A DNA stretch of 64,000 bases from Rickettsiales bacterium (GCA_031260805.1 JAISKV010000012.1:9670-73669); one strand, 5' to 3'. Shown: positions 9,195 to 18,666, counted from the stretch's first letter. Notes: generated by a model from the letters alone, not told the origin. A program made the numbers and translations.

Positions 9195-10808
9195 ATGTTT
9201 ATGAAAAAAGTTTTGGGATTTATCGCGGCGGCCGCACTGGCTGCGTGCGTGCAGCGCGGCGGGGTTGAATACGGCGGCTATGACGAATATGACGGAATGC
9301 CGGTTGAAAATCCGGAATTTATCGCGGGGGATTTTAATTCCGGCGACTACGGATCGTATGAAGATCCGAATGCGGCCGGCGCGGTTAAGACCGTGGCCGT
9401 CCTGCTGCCGCTGTCCGGAACAAATGCGGAACTGGGCGCGAACTTGCAGCACGCGATAGAGATTGCCTTTGTGCAAAGCCGCCCGCGCGACATCGTCGTT
9501 TCTTTCAACGACATCGCCGGCGTGTCAGAACCCAAAGAATCCGTCATCCAGCGCGTTTTGGACAATCGTCCGGATCTGATTATTGGGCCTGTGTTCGCAG
9601 AAGATGTCAAGATGCTGCGCGAGATTAAGGACGACGCCCTACCCGTCATTTCATTCACAACCGACCCGTCCGCGCTGGGCGCCGGCGTGTTTACCATCGG
9701 GCTGCTGCCAACGCAGGGCGCTGAATCAATCATAAAGCAAATGGCGGCGGACGGTCGTCGGGATGCTGTTGTTATTGCGCCGAACAACCAGACCGGATAC
9801 CTGATGGCAAACACCGCGATTGGCGCGGCGGACATTTACGGAATAAAAATCGCGGGGATTTATTATTACAGCGAAAACAATCCCGAAGACATGAAACTGA
9901 CCGCGGAACGGGCCAGCCTGTTCCAAACGCGCAACGCCGCGAATGACAAATCGCGCGAGATTTTGTCGGACATCCTGGTCAAAGAAAAAATAACGGCCGG
10001 CGACCGCGCGAATATGAACGAGCAGTTGGAGAAATTGAGCAAGCGCGACACCGTCGGCCCAATCCCGTACGACAGCGTGCTGTTTCTGGGCAATACCAAT
10101 GATTCCAAGACGCTGGCGTCGTTCATGCGGTACTTTGACATACCGATGCGCAGTGTGGAGTTTTACGGCACGCCGACATGGGACAATCCAAGCATGGCGA
10201 CTGATATAAATCTGGCCGGGGCAAAATATTCCGCGCTGCCGGTCGTGAACGATGACTTCCAAACGCTGTTCGCAGACATTGAAAAGAAAGCCCCCAGCCG
10301 CATGGATTCTTTTGCGTACGATGCCGCGATGCTGGCCATCAACGCGTTAAAGTCTGACAAGATAACCATGAATTACATCATGAATCCATCCGGATATCGC
10401 GGTCTGGACGGGCTGTTCCGGCTGCGTCCAAACGGGGTGAGCGAGCGGGCGCTGCAAGTCCTGAAACTGAACGGCACCAGCAATCCGGCCCTGATAAGCG
10501 GCGCGCCCAGGAATTTCTTGGAGCCATTGTACCAAACAGCCGCCGCCAGCGATGCAAAACCGCGCGCGCGGGAAATTTCCGGATATCGCGTCCAGCCAAT
10601 GGATTACATCGCGATCCCGCAAAATCTGCGCGGAAAATATCAGTCCGCCGCGCTGGGGACCAAGACCGCGCGGCCGGCGCGCGATGCGGAGCCAACAGTG
10701 CTTTATTCGCCGGAATCGGACGCCGATCCGATAGAGCAATTGCCTGAATACCAACCGATTCAGTTTGAGACGATTGATCGCACGCAGATAGACGAGCGCG
10801 AAATTTGA
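9195..10808 (+). CDS. lpoA: Penicillin-binding protein activator LpoA-like lipoprotein (periplasmic-binding-protein type 1 fold)
   Basis: Signal peptide + lipobox (LAAC), VAVLLPLSG...LG motif of LpoA/ABC-substrate-binding fold; divergent neighbor of rsmI. Confidence 0.65.
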   Translation: MFMKKVLGFIAAAALAACVQRGGVEYGGYDEYDGMPVENPEFIAGDFNSGDYGSYEDPNAAGAVKTVAVLLPLSGTNAELGANLQHAIEIAFVQSRPRDIVVSFNDIAGVSEPKESVIQRVLDNRPDLIIGPVFAEDVKMLREIKDDALPVISFTTDPSALGAGVFTIGLLPTQGAESIIKQMAADGRRDAVVIAPNNQTGYLMANTAIGAADIYGIKIAGIYYYSENNPEDMKLTAERASLFQTRNAANDKSREILSDILVKEKITAGDRANMNEQLEKLSKRDTVGPIPYDSVLFLGNTNDSKTLASFMRYFDIPMRSVEFYGTPTWDNPSMATDINLAGAKYSALPVVNDDFQTLFADIEKKAPSRMDSFAYDAAMLAINALKSDKITMNYIMNPSGYRGLDGLFRLRPNGVSERALQVLKLNGTSNPALISGAPRNFLEPLYQTAAASDAKPRAREISGYRVQPMDYIAIPQNLRGKYQSAALGTKTARPARDAEPTVLYSPESDADPIEQLPEYQPIQFETIDRTQIDEREI

Positions 10809-10858
10809 TTCGCGCGAACAATTCATCGCGGCCGGAAGTGCCCACATTATAATACAAA

Positions 10859-10886
10859 TTGACAAACCGCATTTTTGTATTATAAT
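10859..10886 (+). promoter_or_regulatory. Sigma70-type promoter (TTGACA-16-TATAAT) giving near-leaderless transcript for downstream CDS
   Basis: ttgaca at 10859-10864, tataat at 10881-10886; ATG at 10893 only 7 nt after -10. Confidence 0.5.
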
Positions 10887-10892
10887 ATAAGC

Positions 10893-11747
10893 ATGACGAC
10901 AAATAACCAAAACATCTTTTACAATATTTACAAGAATTGCCTTCGCTATACTCTGCACGGCGTTATGAACCGCACACTGGCCGTTATGCCAAATCACGCG
11001 ATATTTTCGCTGATACCGCCGCTTGTGAAACGGGAAGATAATCGCGCGCCCAGCGATCGCGACATGATATGGTCGGAAACCAGCCGCGGCACGCAAATCA
11101 TCAACGCCACCAAGGGCGAAGATTGCATCTTTACAGACGACATCAATATAAATTTCAAGACCGGCGCGATATCGGCGAATTACAAAGATGTTTCCAAAGC
11201 GATACAGGCGATAAAAAACTTCCCGTCGCATAAAATATCACTGTCTGTCATGCTTGTTGAATCTGAAACAAACCAGGTGCGGAAAAATACTTTGGAATTT
11301 AATGACATGGCGCGCGCAATATCCCCCGCGGCACTGATGCGCGGATGGATATTGGCGGATCCGATGCTGGGGAACGAAAACAATACGGCGGAAAACCGCA
11401 AACTGAATGCCAAGATTCAGAAACTGGCCCCGGCGGTATTGGATTGGGACGGACGCGAAGTCGTCTGGGATTACATGGTCCGGGAAAACTGGCCTGCGGC
11501 AGCCATAGATTATGATGCAAAAACCATATTCCAGTTTGACAAGAATACAGTGCTGATTAACGACGCGGTGCCTGAATGGAGGGCTTCCGTGCGCGGCATA
11601 TTCAATAATCTGGCAAAAACGGTTGTCCGGGAAAAGTTTGCAAATCCCCGCGGGCAAGATGATGCGGATGTTTTTGAGAAATTGAATGATCTGAATAATG
11701 AACTCGGCAGATATCTGAAACAAACCGAACACTGCATGCAACAGTAA
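10893..11747 (+). CDS. Hypothetical protein (no recognizable domain)
   Basis: 284-aa ORF with consensus promoter immediately upstream; ORF-track start at 10875 lies inside the promoter. Confidence 0.5.
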   Translation: MTTNNQNIFYNIYKNCLRYTLHGVMNRTLAVMPNHAIFSLIPPLVKREDNRAPSDRDMIWSETSRGTQIINATKGEDCIFTDDININFKTGAISANYKDVSKAIQAIKNFPSHKISLSVMLVESETNQVRKNTLEFNDMARAISPAALMRGWILADPMLGNENNTAENRKLNAKIQKLAPAVLDWDGREVVWDYMVRENWPAAAIDYDAKTIFQFDKNTVLINDAVPEWRASVRGIFNNLAKTVVREKFANPRGQDDADVFEKLNDLNNELGRYLKQTEHCMQQ

Positions 11748-11761
11748 TCCGATAAAAAAAC

Positions 11762-11789
11762 TTGCACTGGTCGGGAAATCGGATATAAT
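11762..11789 (+). promoter_or_regulatory. Sigma70-type promoter for tRNA-Tyr/tRNA-Gly
   Basis: ttgcac (11762-11767) -16- tataat (11784-11789). Confidence 0.5.
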
Positions 11790-11802
11790 GTGTACCACAA
11801 AT

Positions 11803-11888
11803 GGGCGTGCGCCGGAGTCGGAGAGCCGGGGCAGACTGTAAATCTGTTGTCTTTGACTGAGATGGTTCGACTCCATCCACTCCCACCA
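11803..11888 (+). tRNA. tRNA-Tyr (GTA), long variable arm
   Basis: Anticodon loop cTGTAaa, T-arm gatggTTCGACTccatc, 3' cactcccACCA; one C-T mismatch in acceptor stem. Confidence 0.8.
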
Positions 11889-11946
11889 CACTTCGCCAAA
11901 ACTGGCAAGTCATAAAATACCAGTTATGGCATTTTTATTTTTTATA

Positions 11947-12020
11947 GCGGGCGTAGTCCAATGGTAGAATGCAAGCCTTCCAAGCTCGAGACGCGGGTTC
12001 GATTCCCGCCGCCCGCACCA
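11947..12020 (+). tRNA. tRNA-Gly (TCC)
   Basis: gcgggcgTAgtccAATGGTAgaat...cTTCCaa...gcgggTTCGATTcccgc cgcccgcACCA; perfect acceptor/T stems, A-C mismatch in anticodon stem. Confidence 0.85.
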
Positions 12021-12032
12021 CCAAAAATTGTT

Positions 12033-12066
12033 AACGGACGCTTTTGGCGTCCGCTTAAAATTTTTG
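12033..12066 (+). terminator. Rho-independent terminator after tRNA-Gly
   Basis: ggacgcttttggcgtcc hairpin followed by T-run. Confidence 0.6.
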
Positions 12067-12293
12067 AGTGTCTCGCCGCAGCGAAGCGCAGGCGGACTGC
12101 AAATGTTAATAAAATATCCAACCACCGCGCAGCGGTATTTTTTTGTTGGTCATGATAGACGCGGAATTGAACCCGCAGGGTTCGCGTAAAAACATTAACG
12201 AGCGAAGCGAGTTTAGGTTTTTGGTGAGTCCGGGCGCACTTTATGCGCCAGGCGAACATTCTCGCCACCCGCAATCAAGCTCTCTTTTATCAA

Positions 12294-12872
12294 TTATCGG
12301 ACGAATTTACATATTTTTTTATATGCTTCAATCAATGCAATATTTGCAGAATCCAACACCCGCTCCCATTGCTCTGGCGCATTGGAATCAGCCCCGTCGG
12401 AAATAAACCGCAGACAGGCAAAAGGAATTTTATTATCCCGCGCGACATGTGCGACCGCATAATCTTCCATACCCACTATGTCCCAAATTTCACCGGCAAT
12501 ATTATTTACAAAACTGTCGCCTGTGCCGGTTATGCATTCCGGATAATCAGGAACCCGTGTTCCATATTTTAATACTGGATCTGTATCAGACGAAAGGGGC
12601 GTTATATATTTCGGCGCAAGAAATTCTGTCGGATTCATATCCCTTTGGACGAACCCTGTCGGATTTACGATTGTTCCATAATTGAATTTCGCACTTCCGG
12701 CCGTTCCAAAATTAAGTATTAAATCCGGAGCAAAGACATCAATTGCTTTCTGGGTCGCTGCCGCCGCGTTTATTTTTCCAACGCCTGTATAAAAAACTTT
12801 GTCATCTGTTCGTAATTCTGTGTTATTTGGATTAAATTCCTCGCGCACCGCAACCAATATTGCTATCTTCAT
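12294..12872 (-). CDS. MTA/SAH nucleosidase (MtnN/Pfs, PNP_UDP_1) family protein
   Basis: MKIAILVAVREE...GVGKINAAAATQ...FGTAGS motifs of purine-nucleoside-phosphorylase/MtnN fold; RBS aaagaaagga before ATG at 12872; lower GC than flanks. Confidence 0.6.
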   Translation of the reverse strand: MKIAILVAVREEFNPNNTELRTDDKVFYTGVGKINAAAATQKAIDVFAPDLILNFGTAGSAKFNYGTIVNPTGFVQRDMNPTEFLAPKYITPLSSDTDPVLKYGTRVPDYPECITGTGDSFVNNIAGEIWDIVGMEDYAVAHVARDNKIPFACLRFISDGADSNAPEQWERVLDSANIALIEAYKKICKFVR

Positions 12873-12900
12873 GCTAATCCTTTCTTTATTGTTTCCACAA

Positions 12901-13209
12901 CTATTCGTCATTCTTATGCACGGTTATGCTGACGCTGGTGCTTTTTATTGCGTTCGCCATGTCAGACACCACTGATGCCGCCTGGTTCACGGCATGCGCG
13001 ACGCCGGATGCGTCAATTTCAACACGAACGGCATTTTCCCGCGCCGCATCGCAGCCGCACTTTTCCGGCACGCACACAGGATCCGTTATCACTTCCAAAA
13101 ATCTGGCCGCTCGGCCGTGCAGATGCCCCGCGATAAAGCCGATGCATATCAACGCCACGCCGGCAGCAACATACAGCCATATTGAATTTTTATTTTCCAA
13201 CATTTTCAA
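12901..13209 (-). CDS. Small membrane-anchored hypothetical protein
   Basis: N-terminal TM helix (IWLYVAAGVALICIGFIAG); downstream of lolD with 20-bp overlap. Confidence 0.35.
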   Translation of the reverse strand: MKMLENKNSIWLYVAAGVALICIGFIAGHLHGRAARFLEVITDPVCVPEKCGCDAARENAVRVEIDASGVAHAVNQAASVVSDMANAIKSTSVSITVHKNDE

Positions 13210-13915
13210 TCATCCCGTCCCGTATCGTTATAATCTTGTCCGCGCGCGACGCCAGGCTCATGTCGTGCGTCACGAACAGCATTGCCATTTTCCGCCCGCG
13301 CGCCAATTCCAGCAATTGGTCAAAAACCAATCCCGCATGCTTTGGATCCAATGATCCGGTCGGCTCGTCCGCCAGCAGGATGTCCGGATTATTCGCGCAC
13401 GCGCGCGCGACCGCGACGCGCTGCTGCTCGCCGCCGGACATTTGCGCCGGCAGATGCGCGCCGCGATGCAGCACATTTGCAGATTTCAGCAATCCTTTTG
13501 CGCGGATTTCCGCATCGCCTTCATCCGTGCCGGCATTCAGCATCGGCAGCATGACATTTTCCAGCGCAGTGAAATCACTTAACAAATTATGCCGCTGGTA
13601 TACAAAGCCCAATTTGTCGCGGCGCACCCGCGTGCGGGATTCTTCCGTCATTTTGTGAACCGCATTTCCGCTGATTAAAATACTGCCGCCGCTCGGCCGA
13701 TCCAGCAGCCCGACGCATTGCAGCAGCGTTGACTTGCCACATCCTGACGGCCCGACCAATGCCAGTATTTCCCCCCGGCGCAGGTCAAACCCGCCGCCGC
13801 GCAGGATGTGCAGCGGCTGGCCGCCTTCGTTGAAAGTGCGCGTGATATCGCGTACCGACATGACGATATCGCCGGCTGACGACTTGCTTAATGATTTTAA
13901 TATCGGCTTATTCAT
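13190..13915 (-). CDS. lolD: Lipoprotein-releasing system ATP-binding protein LolD
   Basis: Walker A GPSGCGKST, ABC signature LSGGEQQRVAVARA, Walker B LLADEPTGSLD; overlaps lolC/E. Confidence 0.85.
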   Translation of the reverse strand: MNKPILKSLSKSSAGDIVMSVRDITRTFNEGGQPLHILRGGGFDLRRGEILALVGPSGCGKSTLLQCVGLLDRPSGGSILISGNAVHKMTEESRTRVRRDKLGFVYQRHNLLSDFTALENVMLPMLNAGTDEGDAEIRAKGLLKSANVLHRGAHLPAQMSGGEQQRVAVARACANNPDILLADEPTGSLDPKHAGLVFDQLLELARGRKMAMLFVTHDMSLASRADKIITIRDGMIENVGK

Positions 13916-15161
13916 TTCGCAACACCTCTACCGGATCGGTCTTGGACGCTTTCCATGCCGGATACAGCGTCGCCAGAAACGCCAGCGCGATCGCAATCAT
14001 TGTTATTCCGAATACAGACCAGAACTCTATCCGGCTGGGCAGTTCGGACAAATGATACAATTCCGCCGGAAACAAATCGCGGCCGGTCAGCATTTGGAAG
14101 AATTTGCGTATCGGTTCCACATACTTTGCAATCAGCAGTCCGATTGCGCATCCCAGCATAGCACCGATAACCCCCAGCGACGATCCGGTCAGAACAAATA
14201 TCTTTATCATGGACTTGCGCGACACGCCGAACGACCGCATGACCGCGATGTCTTTGTTTTTGTCTTTAACCAGCATGACCAGAGACGAAATTATGTTGAA
14301 CGCCGCAACGATTACAATCAGCATTAAAATCATAAACATCACGCTGGACTCAACCTGCAACGCGCCTACAAAGCCGCGGTTCAAGTCGCGCCAATCGCGG
14401 ATCACGAACGAGCCCGGCAACAATTCAACCGTCGCGCGCAGCACTGCGTCGGTCGCATTCGCATTCTTCAAGAACAAATCTATGTGCGTGACGCCGCCGT
14501 CTGTGTCCAGGTATTTCTGGGCGGTTGCCAGGTTTGTAAAAATAAACCCGCTATCGTATTCGTACATTCCCGCAAAGAATGAAGACCGCACCGGATACGA
14601 TACCACGCGCGGCATAGTGCCGAACGCGGTGGGTGTTCCGCCGGACGCGCTGACCAGGGAAACATTTGTTCCTATCGTCGCATGCAGATTTTTGGACAAA
14701 ATCGCGCCCATTATCAATTGATCGTTTTTGATTTCAGCCAGCGGGGTGCCGTAAAACCGCGTTCCGCTGCCTATTTTCGCAGCCAGGTCATTCATCGGGA
14801 TTCCGCGAATCATCGCGCCGCTGCTGCGCCCGTCGTTCGTGGCCATAACCTGGCCTTCTACAATCGGAACTATCGCGGATGAACTGGCAGCGATTACTTT
14901 GTTTTGCTTTAATTTATCAATCAGGAAATCATAATCCTTGATAACGCCATCCTGGTGATAAACAACGACATGGCCGTTCATGCCAACAATGCGCGATAAT
15001 AAAACATCATGAAATCCGCCCATTACAGACATAACGACGATAAGTGTCGCCACGCCCAGCATGATGCCCAGAAGCGACACCCATGAAATCACGCTGCCAA
15101 AGCCGCGCTTTTTCGCCCGCAAATACCGAAAAGCAATCTTTCTCTCAAACTTGGTGAACAT
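13908..15161 (-). CDS. lolC: Lipoprotein-releasing system permease LolC/LolE
   Basis: 417 aa, FtsX/MacB-type permease with N-terminal TM, large periplasmic loop and C-terminal 3 TM; typical LolC N-terminus MFTKFERKIAFRYLRAKKRGFGS. Confidence 0.85.
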   Translation of the reverse strand: MFTKFERKIAFRYLRAKKRGFGSVISWVSLLGIMLGVATLIVVMSVMGGFHDVLLSRIVGMNGHVVVYHQDGVIKDYDFLIDKLKQNKVIAASSSAIVPIVEGQVMATNDGRSSGAMIRGIPMNDLAAKIGSGTRFYGTPLAEIKNDQLIMGAILSKNLHATIGTNVSLVSASGGTPTAFGTMPRVVSYPVRSSFFAGMYEYDSGFIFTNLATAQKYLDTDGGVTHIDLFLKNANATDAVLRATVELLPGSFVIRDWRDLNRGFVGALQVESSVMFMILMLIVIVAAFNIISSLVMLVKDKNKDIAVMRSFGVSRKSMIKIFVLTGSSLGVIGAMLGCAIGLLIAKYVEPIRKFFQMLTGRDLFPAELYHLSELPSRIEFWSVFGITMIAIALAFLATLYPAWKASKTDPVEVLRNE

Positions 15162-15223
15162 TATAAATCCCCTGTCATCCGTCCGGCGCGCGTAATTTTT
15201 GGCTTTTCCAACATAATTTCTCC

Positions 15224-15356
15224 TTTTTATCTCCTAAATGAATTTTATTTTTACATGTTTTAGGAGATACAACACATTGTTTTTACTATCTTTTTTATAA
15301 AATTGTATTCTTTTTTATCTCCTAAATGGGTTTTATTTTTACCTGTTTTAGGAGGT
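15224..15356. repeat. Two 45-bp direct repeats (about 90% identical, 87 bp apart), each an imperfect hairpin (tctcctaaa ... tttaggaga)
   Basis: 15224-15268 and 15311-15356; second copy overlaps the stop codon of the Schlafen-like gene. Confidence 0.7.
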
Positions 15357-16967
15357 CAATTTCCATACCCAACTAGCACCCTTGCCATAATTCATAATTT
15401 TGCCGTCTTTCTTCATTCTGGTAAGCATATTATCTATCTTTTTTACTTTTGATTCATACATCAAACTATCAGGCAAATGCGGTATTAAATATTCGGTAAT
15501 CTCTCTGCGGCTGGCCGATTTATTATTATCAAGATATTTAATTATGCCGAACTTTATAGTCTGATCGTCAAGTCCTTTATTCTTGATATATTTTGCTTTT
15601 TCTCCGATAGATTCCGATATATTTTTTGATATGAATATATTTGGAGCCCTGCCTTCCACATACCCAAGTTTTCTTAATCTTTTCAGAGCAATAAATGTTA
15701 TCTGCTTTTTTTTAGTAATATTATCAAGCAATATTATGTCTTGTAAACTTAGTTCTTTATGAGTTGTCAATAATCTTGCGTAATCAATATCCAATATCTT
15801 GCCTGAAATTTCCAATTTGACATGATTGTTGGAATAATCATAACTCGGCATTGGAAACAATCTATCTTTTTGCTTGATAAACATTTTGCGTATACCACTG
15901 CCAGCAGTATCTATCATATTAAACTCTTTCATAGCATCGCAAAGAAATTTGTTTTTATATTTATCCGGCGGAATATCGCGCGCAATAATTTCTTCGGCGG
16001 TCCCAGCCAAAGACACACCGGCATTGTAAAAAATCAGACTCTCATTCTTTTCAATGACAATAATTTTAGCCGCCATTGAATAATCCTGATGCGCTATACA
16101 GTTGTTTAATGCCTCGCGAATGACCCACGAATCATACTTATCAACCTCTTCCGGGAATAGCGTGTCGTTTTGCATATACCTGTATTTAAGATTTCTTATC
16201 TTGGAAAACACTTTATCAACGGCAAGGATAAATGGAGAATAAAATGATTCATAATCTATCATTTCATTATCGTCTGTTCTTAATTGCCATTGTATTTCAG
16301 CGACAGCCGGCGATATCAGGGACAGTGATTCTTTTTTTCCCAGCAATATAATCGCGGCGTTTGTAATCTTCCCGTGGTTCAATAGTTTAGATTTTGCCAA
16401 GAATTTACACTTGTCCCAGGATTTTACTTCGTCAGCCAATCTTGGATTTTTAATAACAAACCCTTCTTTTGCTTTTTGCACAGCATCATCATCTATATCA
16501 TCCATTGTTGCGCCGGCAGCAATCTGCGCCGACCAATCCGGGGCGGTTTCCAGCAATATCTTTCTCTTATCATCATCGTCCATTGCAATCAGTTGCTGAC
16601 CAACCCTTTTATACGCCTTGCTCCCGTGCTCAAAAAACTCGCCAGTTTTTCTGTTTGGTATTTTTATACAAATAAAATTCTTTCCGGCATTGATTACATT
16701 ATATATATCAACCTGAAGCCTGTTGTTCGTCTTGGAAAAAATATTTTCCTTGCATTTTTGAGCATCAAAAGATTCTTTGATTCCCACGGGTTGTTTTGTA
16801 TCTTCATTATAACCTATAATCACATACCCGCCGCCGGAATTAGCGATGCCGACGCAATAATTGTATATGCTGTGCCGATGATTGTTAAAAGAACTGACAG
16901 ATGTTTTATATTCAACATTCTCTGTCTCTGGATTTTTAATTAATGATTCTAGTTGATCATAATTCAT
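15348..16967 (-). CDS. Schlafen-like AlbA_2 + HATPase_c_4 domain protein ('divergent AAA'/putative DNA-binding ATP-binding protein)
   Basis: N-terminal NPETENVEYK...GIANSGGGYVIIG (AlbA_2) and C-terminal IREALNNCIAHQDY (HATPase_c_4); strongly AT-rich relative to flanks. Confidence 0.7.
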   Translation of the reverse strand: MNYDQLESLIKNPETENVEYKTSVSSFNNHRHSIYNYCVGIANSGGGYVIIGYNEDTKQPVGIKESFDAQKCKENIFSKTNNRLQVDIYNVINAGKNFICIKIPNRKTGEFFEHGSKAYKRVGQQLIAMDDDDKRKILLETAPDWSAQIAAGATMDDIDDDAVQKAKEGFVIKNPRLADEVKSWDKCKFLAKSKLLNHGKITNAAIILLGKKESLSLISPAVAEIQWQLRTDDNEMIDYESFYSPFILAVDKVFSKIRNLKYRYMQNDTLFPEEVDKYDSWVIREALNNCIAHQDYSMAAKIIVIEKNESLIFYNAGVSLAGTAEEIIARDIPPDKYKNKFLCDAMKEFNMIDTAGSGIRKMFIKQKDRLFPMPSYDYSNNHVKLEISGKILDIDYARLLTTHKELSLQDIILLDNITKKKQITFIALKRLRKLGYVEGRAPNIFISKNISESIGEKAKYIKNKGLDDQTIKFGIIKYLDNNKSASRREITEYLIPHLPDSLMYESKVKKIDNMLTRMKKDGKIMNYGKGASWVWKLTS

Positions 16968-16975
16968 TTATATTT

Positions 16976-18301
16976 TTACTCGCTTAAATAATTGCGCAGG
17001 GCGTCGCCGGACAGCGGCGCGGACGACGATTCCGACGGCAGGTCAAGCATCTGCACCACGCGCGGGCTGACAAACACAACCATTTCCGCAAACGGCGATA
17101 TCAATGTTTCCGGCGTATCCACAAAAGTATGCGTCGGGATTCCAATTATCACATAATTATCCCCCAGTTTGCTGGGTATCTTGTACTCGGCAATCTGCCC
17201 CGCCCGCGTGCGCAGGACTATCTTGGATTCCACCCGCTGCATTCCGCCGTAATCCCCGAATTTTGCATCCGCGCCGATGGAAAGGTCTGTTTCAAGCCTT
17301 TCTTCGCGCGAGCATTGGCCGACATCAAAACGCGTCTGCCAATCGTTCGGAACGACAAAAGACCCTTGGGACACCAGCACGACATTGCTCTGCTGGGCCA
17401 GAAAGTCTTCCAGTGTTTTCGTATTAACCGCTGCGCTGGTCAGCAGCGCGCGACCCACGACCCCCGGCACGGACATCTTGATATTCTTTTCCCCGATTGC
17501 AGGAATAATATTCTGCCAGATTATCGGATTGTCTGTTTTCGGATAAACGCGGTACACATTCACATCATATGCGACCATGTATTTCTTGGAAGCAATGTCA
17601 ATCGCCAGACGGGCGACTTCTTTTTCCGCCTGCCAGTCGCCGGAAAATTCCAAGGTCTTGTCTTCCCAATTCACCAGCAGGTTCCGCATGCGGACGCCGC
17701 GCATCGCGTCCACCAGCGCGAGTATCGTATCGGTGTCGTCCGGCATTTTCATCAGAAAGTCCGCGCGGTTGAACAAGTGCAGTTCCTGGGCGTCCGCGTC
17801 ATAAGAATAATACGCGCGCCCCATTTTGGTAATTAAATCAACCGCATCGGAAAGTTTCGCGCTGCCAACATTTCCGGAAATTTTTGACGGCAGCGATTCA
17901 TCTTCCACAACCGCAATGTCCGTTCCATCCAGCAGTTTGTCCAAGACTTCTTTTATCGTCAGTTTTTTCCATTCGTAATCATTGACTGTCATTTCCGGCA
18001 GCGGATCCCCGGCATTGAGCCGCGCGACGGTCGCTGACTGCTTGGCCACCACGGACAAGACCTTTTGATTTTCCCAGTCCACGCGGCATCGTTTCGGCAA
18101 ATCCAACGCAAAGCGGCGCGCGGTATCCGTGGTCAGCGCGGCCTTTTTAGGAAAAATCGGAACGCTGTTTTCATCAACGACCAGATTGTCAATAACATTC
18201 ACCGTATCGTACAGCGGCATCTGCTCTGCCCGGTTCGCCGCATTCTGGACGCAGCCGCAGACAAAAAATAAAAGATAAAAGATAAAAAACTTGTTTTTCA
18301 T
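16976..18301 (-). CDS. Secretin-like outer-membrane lipoprotein (type IVb pilus PilN/BfpB-like)
   Basis: Signal peptide + lipobox (FFVCGC); C-terminal EMVVFVSPRVV matches secretin C-terminal signature (ELxxFxTPxxV). Confidence 0.5.
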   Translation of the reverse strand: MKNKFFIFYLLFFVCGCVQNAANRAEQMPLYDTVNVIDNLVVDENSVPIFPKKAALTTDTARRFALDLPKRCRVDWENQKVLSVVAKQSATVARLNAGDPLPEMTVNDYEWKKLTIKEVLDKLLDGTDIAVVEDESLPSKISGNVGSAKLSDAVDLITKMGRAYYSYDADAQELHLFNRADFLMKMPDDTDTILALVDAMRGVRMRNLLVNWEDKTLEFSGDWQAEKEVARLAIDIASKKYMVAYDVNVYRVYPKTDNPIIWQNIIPAIGEKNIKMSVPGVVGRALLTSAAVNTKTLEDFLAQQSNVVLVSQGSFVVPNDWQTRFDVGQCSREERLETDLSIGADAKFGDYGGMQRVESKIVLRTRAGQIAEYKIPSKLGDNYVIIGIPTHTFVDTPETLISPFAEMVVFVSPRVVQMLDLPSESSSAPLSGDALRNYLSE

Positions 18302-18630
18302 ATGTTCATCACCTTCTCGAATTCTTCCAGGGTCATTTCGTATATAGGCTTGTTCGTCGGCGTGGTCAGGTCGCGGACCCGATCAAACTCGCCCGACAGC
18401 CGCGCGGTCAGCGCCGCGATGCGCGGATCCGAACTTCCCAGTTTCCGTCCGTACTCTACCAGAAATTCCAGCAAATCCGCGGCAAAGAACCGTCCCGGAT
18501 ACTGTTCCATCGGCATCGCGCCCTTGGACACGCAGATTGCGGACATGATTGTCAGAATCTGATTGTACGCCGCCCCGATTTTATAGAAATTTTCGCTGGT
18601 TAACATAAATTCTTCCCCTGTCGCGGACAT
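18298..18630 (-). CDS. Hypothetical protein (operonic with secretin-like lipoprotein)
   Basis: 4-bp overlap with downstream gene; no recognizable domain. Confidence 0.4.
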   Translation of the reverse strand: MSATGEEFMLTSENFYKIGAAYNQILTIMSAICVSKGAMPMEQYPGRFFAADLLEFLVEYGRKLGSSDPRIAALTARLSGEFDRVRDLTTPTNKPIYEMTLEEFEKVMNI

Positions 18631-18666
18631 GATAGAAATTTACGAAAAAATAAGCAAATAAAAAGA

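Noticed and set aside
10347-11231. 294-aa minus-strand ORF spanning the lpoA 3' end and the hypothetical gene
   Set aside because: Overlaps two better-supported plus-strand genes and a consensus promoter; no domain signal
12155-12185. Possible eighth tRNA (gcgggttcaattccgcg on minus strand)
   Set aside because: Only a T-arm/acceptor-like fragment; no D-arm or anticodon arm can be built. Kept only as a possible integration scar in the findings
11238-12274. Minus-strand ORFs translating as ...WWEWMESNHL... and ...WWCGRRESNPRLELGR...
   Set aside because: These are reverse-strand translations of tRNA-Tyr and tRNA-Gly (characteristic RRESNPR pattern), not proteins
17129-17836. 235-aa plus-strand ORF inside the secretin-like lipoprotein gene
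   Set aside because: Antisense; the minus-strand frame carries signal peptide, lipobox and secretin C-terminal motif
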